Assembly (NCBI RefSeq): GCF_006345805.1
Contig: NC_043026.1
Coordinates: forward strand, 3,906,001-3,970,000
DNA length: 64,000 nucleotides
Direction: 5' to 3'
DNA from: Octopus sinensis
Taxonomy: Eukaryota
Shown in pieces: positions 62,790 to 64,000 of the stretch (its first letter is position 1; each line of letters starts with the position of its first letter). The notes under the pieces were generated by a model that made no database searches, had not been told where the DNA came from, and was given only the letters and a program-made list of their open reading frames with translations. Both the position numbers and the translations under genes were made by a program.

Positions 62790-63960
62790 AATTATCAAAA
62801 CGGATAAATATGAGAGAGATGGGGGGGAGGCAAAGGAGGGAGAGAGAGACAAGGGAAGGAGAGAGACAAAGGAGGGAGAGAGATAGACAGAAGTGAAATG
62901 AGAGGAGACAGAGGGGAGAGGGGAAAAGGAGGAAGACGAGAGGGGAGAGTATGAGGGATAGAAAGAGGAAGAAAGGAGAAAGGGAGAGGTGGTGTGAGTG
63001 GAGAGTAAGAGAGAAAGAAGGGGAAGGTAGGGCAAGAGAGAGCGAGAGAGAAGAGAGGAGAAGATAGAAATGGAAAGAGAGTAAGAAGGGAAGATAAGGA
63101 GATAGCAAGAGGGGAAGATAGAGAGACAGAGAGAGAGAGAAAGAGATAGAGCAACATAGAGAGAGACAGAGGAAAAAGAGAAGATAAAACGAGACAGAGA
63201 GAGAGAGAGAGAGAAGATGGAGCGAGAGACAGAGAGACAGAGAAAGAGATGGAGCAACATAGAGACAGACAGAGAAAAGAGAGAAAGGAAGATAAAACGA
63301 GACAGAGAGAGAGAGAAGATGGAGCGAGAGAGAGACAGAAAAAGAGATAGAGCAACATAGAGAGAGACAGAGAGAGAGAGAGAGAAGATAGAGCGAGAGA
63401 GAGACAGAGAGACAGAGAAAAGAGAGAAAGGAAGATAAAACGAGACAGAGAGAGAAGATGGAGCGAGAGAGAGACAGAAAAAGAGATAGAGCAACATAGA
63501 GAGAGACAGAGAGAGAGAGAGAGAAGATGGAGCGAGAGAGAGAGAGACAGAGAGAGAGAGAGAGAAGATGGAGCGAGAGAGAGAGAGAGACAGAGAAAGA
63601 GATAGAGCAACATAGAGAGACAGAGAGAGAGAGAGAGAGAGAAGCTGGAGCGAGAGAGAGAGAGAGAGAGACAGAGAAAGAGATAGAGCAACATAGAGAG
63701 AGACAGAGAGAGAGATAGAGCAACATAGAGAGAGACAGAAAAAGAGATAGAGCAACATAGAGAGACAGAGAGAGTGAGAGAGAAGATGGAGCGAGAGAGA
63801 GACAGAGAGAGAGAGAGAGAGACAGAGAGAGAGATAGAGCAACATAGAGAAAAAAGAGAGAAAGGAAGATAAAACGAGACAGAGAGAGAAGACGGAGCAA
63901 GGGAGAGACGGAGAGAGAGGAAGGAAGATGGTGGGGAGAAAAAGAGAATGAGGGAGAAAG
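62790..63960. repeat. Purine-rich (GA)n block with compound minisatellite units
   Basis: gaagatggagcgagaga and aaagagatagagcaacatagag alternate across 63110-63850. Confidence 0.92.
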
Positions 63961-64000
63961 CAAAAGAAACAAAACAGACGAATAAGTACTATGCCGGTGT

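Overview
Eukaryotic, repeat-dominated, apparently non-genic interval. The SINE/LINE/microsatellite inventory looks like an octopus (coleoid cephalopod) genome; this is recognition from memory, not a database search. I find no recognisable host protein-coding gene, rRNA, true tRNA or CRISPR array, and almost all long ORFs are microsatellite read-through. The real coding remnants are transposon fragments: an RTE LINE 3' end with a PHD finger inside the RT-thumb linker, CR1-type 3' ends, an R4/Dong-type restriction-like endonuclease, and a mariner transposase C-terminus. Non-autonomous elements include three tRNA-derived SINE families, piggyBac-type MITEs (TTAA), a GG-terminated 8-bp-TSD MITE (Merlin-like) carrying (CCCTAA)n, two Helitrons, and Penelope-like termini with minimal type I hammerhead ribozyme motifs. 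Highlights: (1) hammerhead motifs at 52094-52128 and 5426-5471; (2) a nested DNA-transposon stack at 14.8-16.7 kb next to a duplicate that preserves the empty insertion sites; (3) frequent tandem multimerisation of transposon fragments, partly possibly assembly artefact; (4) a CpG-rich promoter-like island at about 19.2 kb where microsatellite strand polarity flips. There is a 100-N gap at 49663-49762. Boundaries of degenerate repeats are approximate (tens of bp).
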